From contig CAYOYV010000001.1 in assembly GCA_964408285.1 (NCBI GenBank), positions 64,001 to 128,000 on the forward strand: a DNA stretch of 64,000 bases. Reading direction: 5' to 3'. The translations under genes and the position numbers were made by a program. A model generated the notes under the pieces. It ran no database searches. It was not told where the DNA came from and saw nothing but the letters and a program-made list of their open reading frames with translations. This stretch comes from an uncultured Nitrososphaerota archaeon. Lineage in GTDB: Archaea; Thermoproteota; EX4484-205; JAAOZO01. This document shows positions 11,043 to 19,478 of the stretch, in pieces. Each line of letters begins with the position of its first letter. The first letter of the stretch is position 1.

Positions 11043-11870
11043 GTGAAAAACCCCATCTCTGTTTCCAGCGCCCCCATAGCAAAGCTGGGCGGCAAGAAGT
11101 ATTTCGATCTGGCTGGAACGATTGAGGTAATGAAGCGCATTCTCGCTGAATCAGTAGTGGACGGATTCGAGCTGCAGCTGGAACCGGAATGGGACAAGGA
11201 GAATCCTCCCCTGACGGATGGCCAATATGAGGAATGGACAAGGACGCGGAAATACGACGTCGATGATATAGTTGACCTTGTTCGGGAAGAAGGTCTCCCA
11301 ATCCTCTCGGTCCACGGCAGCAGAGACATCGGGAACTACCTATGTGCGACTCGAAGAAAGGACCGCGAAAGGGGGAAACGCCTGATTGGTAATACGGTAC
11401 ACATTGCCAAGAGCCTCGGTGCCAGTATCTGCGTGTTTCATCTTTGGGACACCTGGAGTTCTGCATTCGATGTCGACGGCCTGAGGGCTGCCTTTTCAAG
11501 GGAAATGGACCTATTCCCTGAAGTCAAGGGCTCGGTCGAGAATATACCGACTCATCTGGCAGGTCACACTCCATTCTCCCTGTCGAGGTCATTCGATTTC
11601 CTCACTCTTGATCTGAGATGGGCGAAGATGTACCGAGAGTTGGAAGCCTTTGAGTCGTTAGCTCGGAAGATAGTAAACATCCATCTGCACGCAGAACTAG
11701 GGCCAGGCGGCTGGGCGTTAGATGGTTCAGGTCAGGATTTCCATAGATATCTCGATGTGATCATTGAGAGGTGGCACTATTCAGGGCTTCTCACCGTTGA
11801 GCCCAGAGGAAGCATGGATCCTTCAGCTTTTCATCATTTCGTAGAGGCAATGCGTTCGATCAGAGTCTGA
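11043..11870 (+). CDS. xylose isomerase-like / AP endonuclease 2 TIM-barrel protein
   Basis: SVHG, VFHLW, VENIP, TLD, NIHLH, TVEP pattern. Confidence 0.65.
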   Translation: MKNPISVSSAPIAKLGGKKYFDLAGTIEVMKRILAESVVDGFELQLEPEWDKENPPLTDGQYEEWTRTRKYDVDDIVDLVREEGLPILSVHGSRDIGNYLCATRRKDRERGKRLIGNTVHIAKSLGASICVFHLWDTWSSAFDVDGLRAAFSREMDLFPEVKGSVENIPTHLAGHTPFSLSRSFDFLTLDLRWAKMYRELEAFESLARKIVNIHLHAELGPGGWALDGSGQDFHRYLDVIIERWHYSGLLTVEPRGSMDPSAFHHFVEAMRSIRV

Positions 11871-11945
11871 AATAGATTCATGGTCCATGAATGGACACTC
11901 ACCCCTCTTCTCGAGGTACTCCGTGCTTGCCGGGATGCCAAGTTG

Positions 11946-13241
11946 CTATTCGTATACTATCGATTCTACTACAAAGAATGGAAATACCGATGCCAGAGAT
12001 ATCATAAGCGATATCGCAAACAAGACTACGCTGGAGATGGATATGCCATTGGAGTCTCCTCTTGACATCCAGTTATCTTGTCTCCATGCGGTCAACCCAG
12101 CATAGATATTGAGGGGAAGCATGACGAATAGACTCAATATGGCTTGCACCGGAAGCCACAAGATTTCAAGCGGTTTCCCATGGTATATAGTCTGCAGTAA
12201 AGCAGTAACCATCGTTGCCCCTATTATGGCTATTATCAACGCTTGCCACCATGCCCAAGCCCACCAATAGAAGGGCAGTCTGAAGAAGAACCAATCAAGT
12301 ATGATGACAGCTGCCAAGACGTATGACCTAGTATAATATGTGAAGCACTTGTAACGGTATGTGAAGGATGGGGATACATTTTCATACAAGTCCTTTAGGA
12401 AGAACTTCGTCCCGCTGCGCCTCCACCTTATCTGTTGTTTGAGGAACTCAGAGAAGCTGTCAGGTGCCCTTGTCAGGATCTTGGCAGTGCTCTGGATCAC
12501 GGTCTTGAACCCCTTCTTAAGAGCCTGTCTGCTCAGGAATCTATCATCGCCGATCATTCCACGCACACCAAGCCATCGCTCGTTGAGGAATTCATCAGAA
12601 ACCGAGAGTAGGAATTCTCGCCGCCAAGCCGCGCACCTACCATCAACAACCACCAATCCCTCATTCAGCCCCATATCGTTTACTATCCTATTCGCCTCAA
12701 TGAGCCTTGACATGGCTGAGGAGATACCTGAGGAACTTGGTGTGGATGTGTGCCATGCAGATACTGCCACGATCTCGGGATCATCAAAGGGCTTAGTTAT
12801 TTCATCGAGGCAGGCCGGCTCGAGAATGACATCCGAATCTATGTTGACGACAATTTCATTCCGGGCTCTTCTGCATCCTTCGACGAGAGCTTGTCTCTTT
12901 CCTCTCCTAGTCTCGCTTCTATATAGCTCGGCGTATGTGCTGGCAATCGCAGCAAGCCTTCCGTCCTTTCCATCGAGACAGACGATTAGCTGGTCTGGAT
13001 TCTGATCAGCGATTGACTTCAGGCATTTCTCAAAAAGCTCATGGTTCTCAGCATAGACTGGAACGACCACTGTGACCTTCCTCTTCCTATCGGACTGATA
13101 GCTTCTGTACTTTCTGCTGTGATACTTGATGAGAACATGTGAGGTCAAGGTGAAGAACATGAAAAAGAAGAAGAGAAGGTGAATATTGTGATAGATGACT
13201 ATGCTCAGAAGCTGGAGGGTCTCAACTATCATATGCTTCAC
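11946..13241 (-). CDS. processive GT2 glycosyltransferase (hyaluronan synthase/NodC-like), multi-pass membrane protein
   Basis: VPVYAE, GKRQAL, IDSD (DxD), G.CAAWRR, GDDRFL, QQIRW (QxxRW); N- and C-terminal TM helices. Confidence 0.85.
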   Translation of the reverse strand: MKHMIVETLQLLSIVIYHNIHLLFFFFMFFTLTSHVLIKYHSRKYRSYQSDRKRKVTVVVPVYAENHELFEKCLKSIADQNPDQLIVCLDGKDGRLAAIASTYAELYRSETRRGKRQALVEGCRRARNEIVVNIDSDVILEPACLDEITKPFDDPEIVAVSAWHTSTPSSSGISSAMSRLIEANRIVNDMGLNEGLVVVDGRCAAWRREFLLSVSDEFLNERWLGVRGMIGDDRFLSRQALKKGFKTVIQSTAKILTRAPDSFSEFLKQQIRWRRSGTKFFLKDLYENVSPSFTYRYKCFTYYTRSYVLAAVIILDWFFFRLPFYWWAWAWWQALIIAIIGATMVTALLQTIYHGKPLEILWLPVQAILSLFVMLPLNIYAGLTAWRQDNWMSRGDSNGISISSVVLFAISLMISLASVFPFFVVESIVYE

Positions 13242-13573
13242 CCCTCGGACTTACGGTCAGGCGCTTCGGGCAGAAGAAAGATCGGGACTTCAGAAATGGT
13301 TTCTGGCTGATGGCCATGGCAAGTATTGTGATTTTAGTTTCTTAAGGCTTTTATGCCGGACAGGATAGCTTTTTAATGGACTTTGAAACGTAGCGCGATT
13401 CGGGGACCGCGTGCAAGCTTCTAAACCCGCCAAACCCCCGAATTCGCTCAGATAATGTAGGCATGTGCATCCTGCTCAGCGCGGGCATTCTAAGCAAACT
13501 CACCAAACTTGTACCCGACCCGGTCACCGATTGCTTGCATTCTCCGTGAGCGTTGACTACCGATTGCTTTGAT

Positions 13574-15478
13574 CTAGAAATGCAAGGGCTTTACAATAGA
13601 CCCCAAACAAACCCTTCTGTCGTCTATGATAGGCGCAGTCGCAGAAGTCTCAATATGGAAGGGATTGACGAGGGTTCTATCTATGTAGCTTCTGAATCTC
13701 TCGTTTTCCTCGCTGTCCCAGAATATCCAGATTCCAAGTCCCCTTTTTTCCACTGTGTCATCAGAGAGATTTAGTACGCAATCTATACGACTCCTGACTC
13801 TCAAGACCCATTGGCTGATTGAGCTCGCATTGTTGCAGCCGGTGACTATTGTCTGATGTTCGAAGGCTGACCCATATAGAGCCAGTGCTTCGTCCGAGTA
13901 TAACTCAGTCAGAATGGTCAGGTTCAGCTCATTGGCGAGATAAGCCATACCTGATTCGACTACCTTCTGCACAAAGGGTTGATCGATCCAGACTTGATAT
14001 TTGTGCCGCACTTCGTAAGGAAGGGATTCCCAAAAGGTCCGAATCTCGCTAGGACACGCCGGTCTCCCGCGCCAGCCATACCAGACGGCAATGCCCTTGG
14101 TTCTGGGCAGACGAGAAAGGAATCTCATGTCGCTAACCATCAGGTCGTATTTCATGGAACCCGGCGATAGATAGTCCCATTCTGGGCCATACTTGTCCTT
14201 CGGCAGTAGGATGTAAAGAATCTGAAGCCCCACCTCGCCTGCCAAAGAGTCCATCTCATTCATATTATGATAGAATAGTTCTGTATCCTCAATTGGAATC
14301 ATGATCATTATATATCCATATTTCTGCGCTATCAATCTTAGATCGCTCATGATATTGGATCTTGATTCGGAGACATTTGAATGCACATAGAAGTATATCC
14401 TACTTCCATAGGTTCGTTTCCAGTATGCGCTTGATGCACCCGAGGGCAGGATGTATACTATTCCAGAATCTTCAGAGTTGAAGCACCGTGAACCCTGCCT
14501 CAAGTCGATCCTGAGCCCGTAGATTCGATTAACCAGAAACTCAGCTATCATGGAAGCCCTGTCGATTGCCCCTAGCCTATCGCCGATTGCCCCGATCTTC
14601 ACGAAGGAACCTTCTCCCACCTTCAGAAGGCCAGGATCGACAACTGCAGTGCTCCCTATCCAAGAAAATCCGTAGACTTCATTTCCAAATCCTTCGATGG
14701 ATTCTGCGTCGAAGGGTCTGAGACTTATTACTGAGCGTGCGCTTGGCATGTATGTGATTCCCAGATCATTCATCTGGAGATCAATCGGCTGGTCTTGAGT
14801 GAGTGATTTCAGTGAAATCGTCACTCGTCTTCCAAATGGGATACTCTCGATTCCTGTTTTGTGGACACATGAACCGTTTCTGAAACCTATGAAGTAGAAT
14901 TCCCAATCCCCAGTCCATATCACTGTGCCTCCACGGTACAACCACGAGACTATTGGGGAAGACGGACTGCCATTCCAGATAGTATCGGGAGCTATGTCTT
15001 GAGAAAACACGAGGATAGATCTCCTTGGATCGCTGCTCAAGAGATTCTCCTTCAACTGGTCGGCGTCTAGCACGAGATACTCGACTCCCATGCTCCCCAA
15101 CACACGTTCCAGATATCTGACCAAGAAATCAGACGTATCCTTGCTGCACCAAGAGTTGGGATATCTCTGATCGTGATAGATAAGGGTCCTGATTTGCAAC
15201 GGATACCCCATTGCGTCATCGAGGGATTCAACCAGCCTTGGTGCGTAAACGTTGATTCTGTCCTCTGTGAGACCTCTGATGCCAGCCGTCTCGAATCCAG
15301 TTCGAAGGCGATTTTGATCCTCAGTACGAAGAACTGGATCTTGAATTCCGAAATCCTTCCCAGCACACGATGAGCTGGCATGGACACTATCCAACGCCTG
15401 TCGAAGGCTAATCGCACCCGCGAGAACAATGAAGACGAGCACCAGAGTAATGCCCTTGCCTTCTTGACGATGCGGCAT
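13574..15478 (-). CDS. secreted or membrane-anchored hypothetical protein (634 aa), possible glycan-active TIM-barrel C-terminal part
   Basis: N-terminal hydrophobic segment KGITLVLVFIVLAGAISL; middle GATase-like WLYRGGTVIWTGD segment; aromatic-rich alpha/beta C-terminal half. Confidence 0.55.
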   Translation of the reverse strand: MPHRQEGKGITLVLVFIVLAGAISLRQALDSVHASSSCAGKDFGIQDPVLRTEDQNRLRTGFETAGIRGLTEDRINVYAPRLVESLDDAMGYPLQIRTLIYHDQRYPNSWCSKDTSDFLVRYLERVLGSMGVEYLVLDADQLKENLLSSDPRRSILVFSQDIAPDTIWNGSPSSPIVSWLYRGGTVIWTGDWEFYFIGFRNGSCVHKTGIESIPFGRRVTISLKSLTQDQPIDLQMNDLGITYMPSARSVISLRPFDAESIEGFGNEVYGFSWIGSTAVVDPGLLKVGEGSFVKIGAIGDRLGAIDRASMIAEFLVNRIYGLRIDLRQGSRCFNSEDSGIVYILPSGASSAYWKRTYGSRIYFYVHSNVSESRSNIMSDLRLIAQKYGYIMIMIPIEDTELFYHNMNEMDSLAGEVGLQILYILLPKDKYGPEWDYLSPGSMKYDLMVSDMRFLSRLPRTKGIAVWYGWRGRPACPSEIRTFWESLPYEVRHKYQVWIDQPFVQKVVESGMAYLANELNLTILTELYSDEALALYGSAFEHQTIVTGCNNASSISQWVLRVRSRIDCVLNLSDDTVEKRGLGIWIFWDSEENERFRSYIDRTLVNPFHIETSATAPIIDDRRVCLGSIVKPLHF

Positions 15479-15841
15479 TCCTTGCCGCCGGGATCAAATG
15501 ATGATTTGCGACATATCGGTTTGTATGTAATCTTCGTTAACGACTGATGCATCTTCGATTTCCGATTCTACCTTTCTCGCCGACAAGAAGGCGATAGGAC
15601 GTGAATCGAGGTCGTCCCACATGGCCAGTTGAGCTATGGCAGTAGACCTCGGCGTCCATCGTAAATAGCGATCTGACAGTGAGAAGAACGCAATGCTCCA
15701 AGCTATGACAGTCTCAAGCTCAATGGCAAATCAAATGAGAGATACCATGGTGGACTTGCTGATGAGTCCCAACGTGGGCGGTGGTCTCCCATAGATCAAA
15801 TATGACGTAGTCCCCTACATCGCTGAAGCCCACAGCTTAAT

Positions 15842-16654
15842 ATGGCGCCGCCTTGTCTGCCATATTGCAGAATGACCATTGATCCTAATTTGAAGTCAAG
15901 CGACGGAATTGGAATATCGTATCGGGAAATGGGATCTGGAAGTCCAATTGTCTTCGTCCATGGCTGGGCGGCCACGATGAATTTTTGGGAACGTCAGATG
16001 AAACAGCTCTCAGAAAGATTCCGGACTATCGCATTGGATTTAAGAGGCCATGGGGACTCAGGAGGAAAACCTGGCATCGATTATTCGATTTCAAGAATGA
16101 GCGATGACATTCATGAACTGGTGGACGGCCTAGGATTGAAGGACTGTTTATTCGTCGGCCACAGCCTCGGGGCCGCGATAGTCGTCAAATTCGTCGCCAA
16201 ATATGGAATGACGTCTGGAATCGTCCTTACCGGGGCCTCCAGACAAATCCAGAGCGGACTCTCCGTCTTCTTTCTAGAACTCCTGATGAGATTCAGAGGT
16301 CTGGCTGAGAAGGTAGTCACTCCTAGGATGTTTGCCCCCAATGCACCAGGCGAGCTACTTGAATTCGTAAGGAGTGAATCGAAAAGATCATCAGCAGAAG
16401 TTCTTATGGCAGTGATGCGGCAGATTGCGGGGGCCGATTCTATAACCGATTTGAAGAAGATCGAGGTTCCAGCCATTGTCGTCGCCGGCGAATTCGACGG
16501 CATAATTGCACCTGAGGAGCAAAGGAGGGTCGCTGACATTCTGGACGCAAAATTCATCGTCATGAAGGGCGCAGGTCACAATCTCATGCTAGAGGAACCT
16601 GGTGCATTCAGTAAGCTGATAGAAGAGTTCGCACTAAGTTTATCTATTCGCTGA
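15842..16654 (+). CDS. alpha/beta fold hydrolase
   Basis: VFVHGW, DLRGHG.S, GHSLG nucleophile, GEFD, GAGH. Confidence 0.9.
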   Translation: MAPPCLPYCRMTIDPNLKSSDGIGISYREMGSGSPIVFVHGWAATMNFWERQMKQLSERFRTIALDLRGHGDSGGKPGIDYSISRMSDDIHELVDGLGLKDCLFVGHSLGAAIVVKFVAKYGMTSGIVLTGASRQIQSGLSVFFLELLMRFRGLAEKVVTPRMFAPNAPGELLEFVRSESKRSSAEVLMAVMRQIAGADSITDLKKIEVPAIVVAGEFDGIIAPEEQRRVADILDAKFIVMKGAGHNLMLEEPGAFSKLIEEFALSLSIR

Positions 16655-16678
16655 AGCATAAGAAATTCGGAATAGATA

Positions 16679-16858
16679 ATGGAGCCAGAGGATCATCAGA
16701 AGGGACCGATGAACGAAAAGGAGAAGAGCGTGACCAAAGATGAAGACAAAAGGATGGCAAGGATATTCCTTCTTGCCATTGGAGCGGCAGTGATCGTTCT
16801 TGTCATCGTCTTTGTTTTCGTTTTCGGTAAGATATCCGTGGGGCCAACTGGATATTGA
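16679..16858 (+). CDS. small single-pass membrane protein (59 aa), unknown
   Basis: MEPEDHQKGPMNEKEKSVTKDEDKRMARIFLLAIGAAVIVLVIVFVFVFGKISVGPTGY; charged N-terminus then one TM helix; below the ORF-track cutoff. Confidence 0.5.
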   Translation: MEPEDHQKGPMNEKEKSVTKDEDKRMARIFLLAIGAAVIVLVIVFVFVFGKISVGPTGY

Positions 16859-16946
16859 GGCTCGGTCGACGTTCTGGGCGAAGGGATGGCAAGCTAGATA
16901 GCTGATAAGAGATTTCCAGACGCGCGCCACGGACCTGAAATGGATC

Positions 16947-18026
16947 TTAACATAACCTTCCAGAGACTGGAAGCAATGCTGGGAAAGAGGCGTGGGGTTC
17001 AATCTGATACCAATAGGCGACGCTCGACCAATCATCGGCCCTGTCGTTTCCGTGTCCATGTTCACATGTCACGGCAATTCTCCTCTGAAATGGAATCGGA
17101 TCTTGGATGTGAAATCTGTAGACAGACCATTGATTGCTCTTTCCGGACAGACTTCCCCACTGCCCTTGGTACATGGCGCCGGGAAGCGAAACACCATGAT
17201 ATAGACCGTAGGCAGTATCGCGTACCGGGAATTCATATGAGAAGTTCATGAAATCCTCAGTACCAGTACCATGCAAGCTGGGAGGCCACTTAAGCGTTCC
17301 ATCGTCCTCGATTTCATCATCGACAAATATCATATCATCGCCTTCCCCAAACCAGCCTGGGGAAAGAGCTCGCACGCTCAAAACGCAACCAGCGTATTGA
17401 CCTCGTCCCTTTGCTTCCAAGATCCTGTAATTCCCCGCTGCGCTCGTGTTCTTGATCTCCGAACCATCTAGCGGTTTTGGCATGGCCTTTGTTGGATTCT
17501 CCCTTCTCCACGTGGCGTGAAAACGGCCAAGGTCCTCAGGAATTGAACCGTGTTCCTCGTAGTCGACGTAGAAGTAGTGAACGTATGGGTTCTCGCATTC
17601 ATTCTCCAGTTCAACCTTTGCTTCTTCCTGAAACGGCATGGGGAACCAACAGTTCCTAGCAGGGCGAGTCGGAGAGTCAGCTACATACATCGAAAGGGGG
17701 GCGGAAAAGAAACTACCCACTGCCCCGTGACCTACTCCGAAGAAATCCCCCAAGGGTACTTCCACGCTAGGATCACGTTCACCATCCCAATACATCCTTA
17801 GAAGCACCTTTCGATGGTAATATTCTGAGTCACAACCTCCTCCGAACCACATATGTCGGATGACGCCTGGGCCCTTGATTTGTGCAAAGCATTTCGCTTC
17901 TCCAGGATCAATGACCATGTAGTCTGCATTTCCTCCCGATCGATCATAGCTCGACATCCTCTTGGCTCTGCAATTGCGGAGTTTGGCCAGACTGCCCAAC
18001 GCTCCATAGCCATATGTAAGATCCAT
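16947..18026 (-). CDS. GH172 / DUF2961 glycoside hydrolase
   Basis: SSYDRSGGNAD, GPGVIRHMW, LRMYWDGE..PSVEVPLGDFFG, WFGEGDDMIFVD, GTGTED, YRFHIQDPIPF, SSVAYWYQ; start trimmed to ATG 18026. Confidence 0.92.
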   Translation of the reverse strand: MDLTYGYGALGSLAKLRNCRAKRMSSYDRSGGNADYMVIDPGEAKCFAQIKGPGVIRHMWFGGGCDSEYYHRKVLLRMYWDGERDPSVEVPLGDFFGVGHGAVGSFFSAPLSMYVADSPTRPARNCWFPMPFQEEAKVELENECENPYVHYFYVDYEEHGSIPEDLGRFHATWRRENPTKAMPKPLDGSEIKNTSAAGNYRILEAKGRGQYAGCVLSVRALSPGWFGEGDDMIFVDDEIEDDGTLKWPPSLHGTGTEDFMNFSYEFPVRDTAYGLYHGVSLPGAMYQGQWGSLSGKSNQWSVYRFHIQDPIPFQRRIAVTCEHGHGNDRADDWSSVAYWYQIEPHASFPALLPVSGRLC

Positions 18027-18321
18027 GAGTTGGCTTTTGATTATTACTCCAAGCCATAATAAAGTTTGCGAACTGCCATTCAAAGCAACGGATCAAGTAA
18101 ATGCGACCCTGAACTCTCGCGCTTGATGCACACGTTTTGCACAGCTCTGACCCACCTTGGTTGCCCTTCGTCCTGCTTTCCTTTCTCGGTAACGGATCAA
18201 TCTGAGACGAAGCGCCAGCACCACCGCGCGCACCAACTGCCGTGCTAGAGCTTATCAGGAAGTAGAATACCAATTGCTTATAGGCTTAGGAACGTAAGTC
18301 CAGCTTGGTCGGCAGAATTAG

Positions 18322-19413
18322 TTGAACAATCGAGAAAGAACCATGGCTGTCTTTGAAGGTAGGAAGACAGATCGTCTTCTATGGCAACCGAGGTTACATC
18401 ATTGGTATGGGGTCAACAAAGCAAGAGGCACTCTTCCACGCAGATACGTGGGTCGCGACATACTCGAAGTCTATGATGATCTCAAGGCCTCCCCGAGGGG
18501 ATATCACTTCTATGACCAGACTTTGAAGCTTCTGGAGGGAGAGAATGTCAAATTGGCGACGAAAGAAGATGAGAATTCTGTCCATACGAAGTATATGACC
18601 CCGATCGGCAACTTGACGCAAGTCGAGAAGAAGAACATATATGCAACAGGCAGAATGCGCATAGAGTACTTGCTCAAGGGCGTAGAGGATTTCAGAGTGC
18701 TTTTATATATAGTGAGGAATCAAAGGTTTGAATTCGATGAGGAATTATTCAAGGAGATAGAAGGCTTGCTCGATGACAGGTGCGAGCCCCTATTAAACAT
18801 ACCTTGGGGTTCCATAATGAGGCTGTTGATAGTATACATGGGATTCGAAAAGGGGACGGTGGCGATCTACAAGCATAGAGCCGAAGTTGAGGAATTGCTT
18901 CGCGTTTTCGATGAGAGTGACAGCGATCTCTTCGACCTAGTAGCGAAGATGCCATTCAGAATTGTGAACTTCCTGGACAACATCGACGAAGGGCTGATCT
19001 CCCCTACTCTCTTTACGAAGTACATGATGCCCTATTATAGGAGAAGAACAAAAGAGATCCACCAAGCTGGGAAATTCTGCACCTCTCACTGGGACGGAAA
19101 GGTAAAGGGCTTGTTGGCTTTCGCGAAGGATACAGGTCTAGACGGACTGGAATGCGTTCCGCCAAGTCCGCAGGGCAACGTCAGTGTCCAGGAACTGAGG
19201 GTTGGCTTGAAGAACATGATCCTTTGCGACGGGATACCAGCGACGCATTTCCTTCCTACTTCCTCCGATCTCGAACTAAAGCGATTCGTGAACACGCTGG
19301 TTGAGTCGTTTTCGCCGAGGTTGATCGTCGGGATATCGGACATGATGCCCCCCGATGGAGAGATAGAAAGGGCCAGGATGATTGGCAAAGTCCTCGAAGA
19401 TTACCGGATCTGA
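18322..19413 (+). CDS. URO-D/MtaA-CmuA TIM-barrel family protein
   Basis: N-terminal NRER; TPIGNL; DNID...ISPTLFTKYMMPYY; HWDG; LECVPPSPQG; paralog-like to 4635-5705. Confidence 0.75.
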   Translation: MNNRERTMAVFEGRKTDRLLWQPRLHHWYGVNKARGTLPRRYVGRDILEVYDDLKASPRGYHFYDQTLKLLEGENVKLATKEDENSVHTKYMTPIGNLTQVEKKNIYATGRMRIEYLLKGVEDFRVLLYIVRNQRFEFDEELFKEIEGLLDDRCEPLLNIPWGSIMRLLIVYMGFEKGTVAIYKHRAEVEELLRVFDESDSDLFDLVAKMPFRIVNFLDNIDEGLISPTLFTKYMMPYYRRRTKEIHQAGKFCTSHWDGKVKGLLAFAKDTGLDGLECVPPSPQGNVSVQELRVGLKNMILCDGIPATHFLPTSSDLELKRFVNTLVESFSPRLIVGISDMMPPDGEIERARMIGKVLEDYRI

Positions 19414-19478
19414 CCTGAGATCGCACGCCTCCCCGTGACAGCGTAGGACTTGATGAATAAATAGCTCAGAAAGACAAT

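Noticed and set aside
15771-15782. 12-mer AACGTGGGCGGT shared with 57239-57250
   Set aside because: Isolated 12-mer matches are expected by chance in 64 kb, and the flanks do not align
15759-15790. CTGATGAGTCCC...GGGC resembling a hammerhead ribozyme core
   Set aside because: The required GAAA after stem II is absent, and no stem I/III with a cleavage triplet could be built
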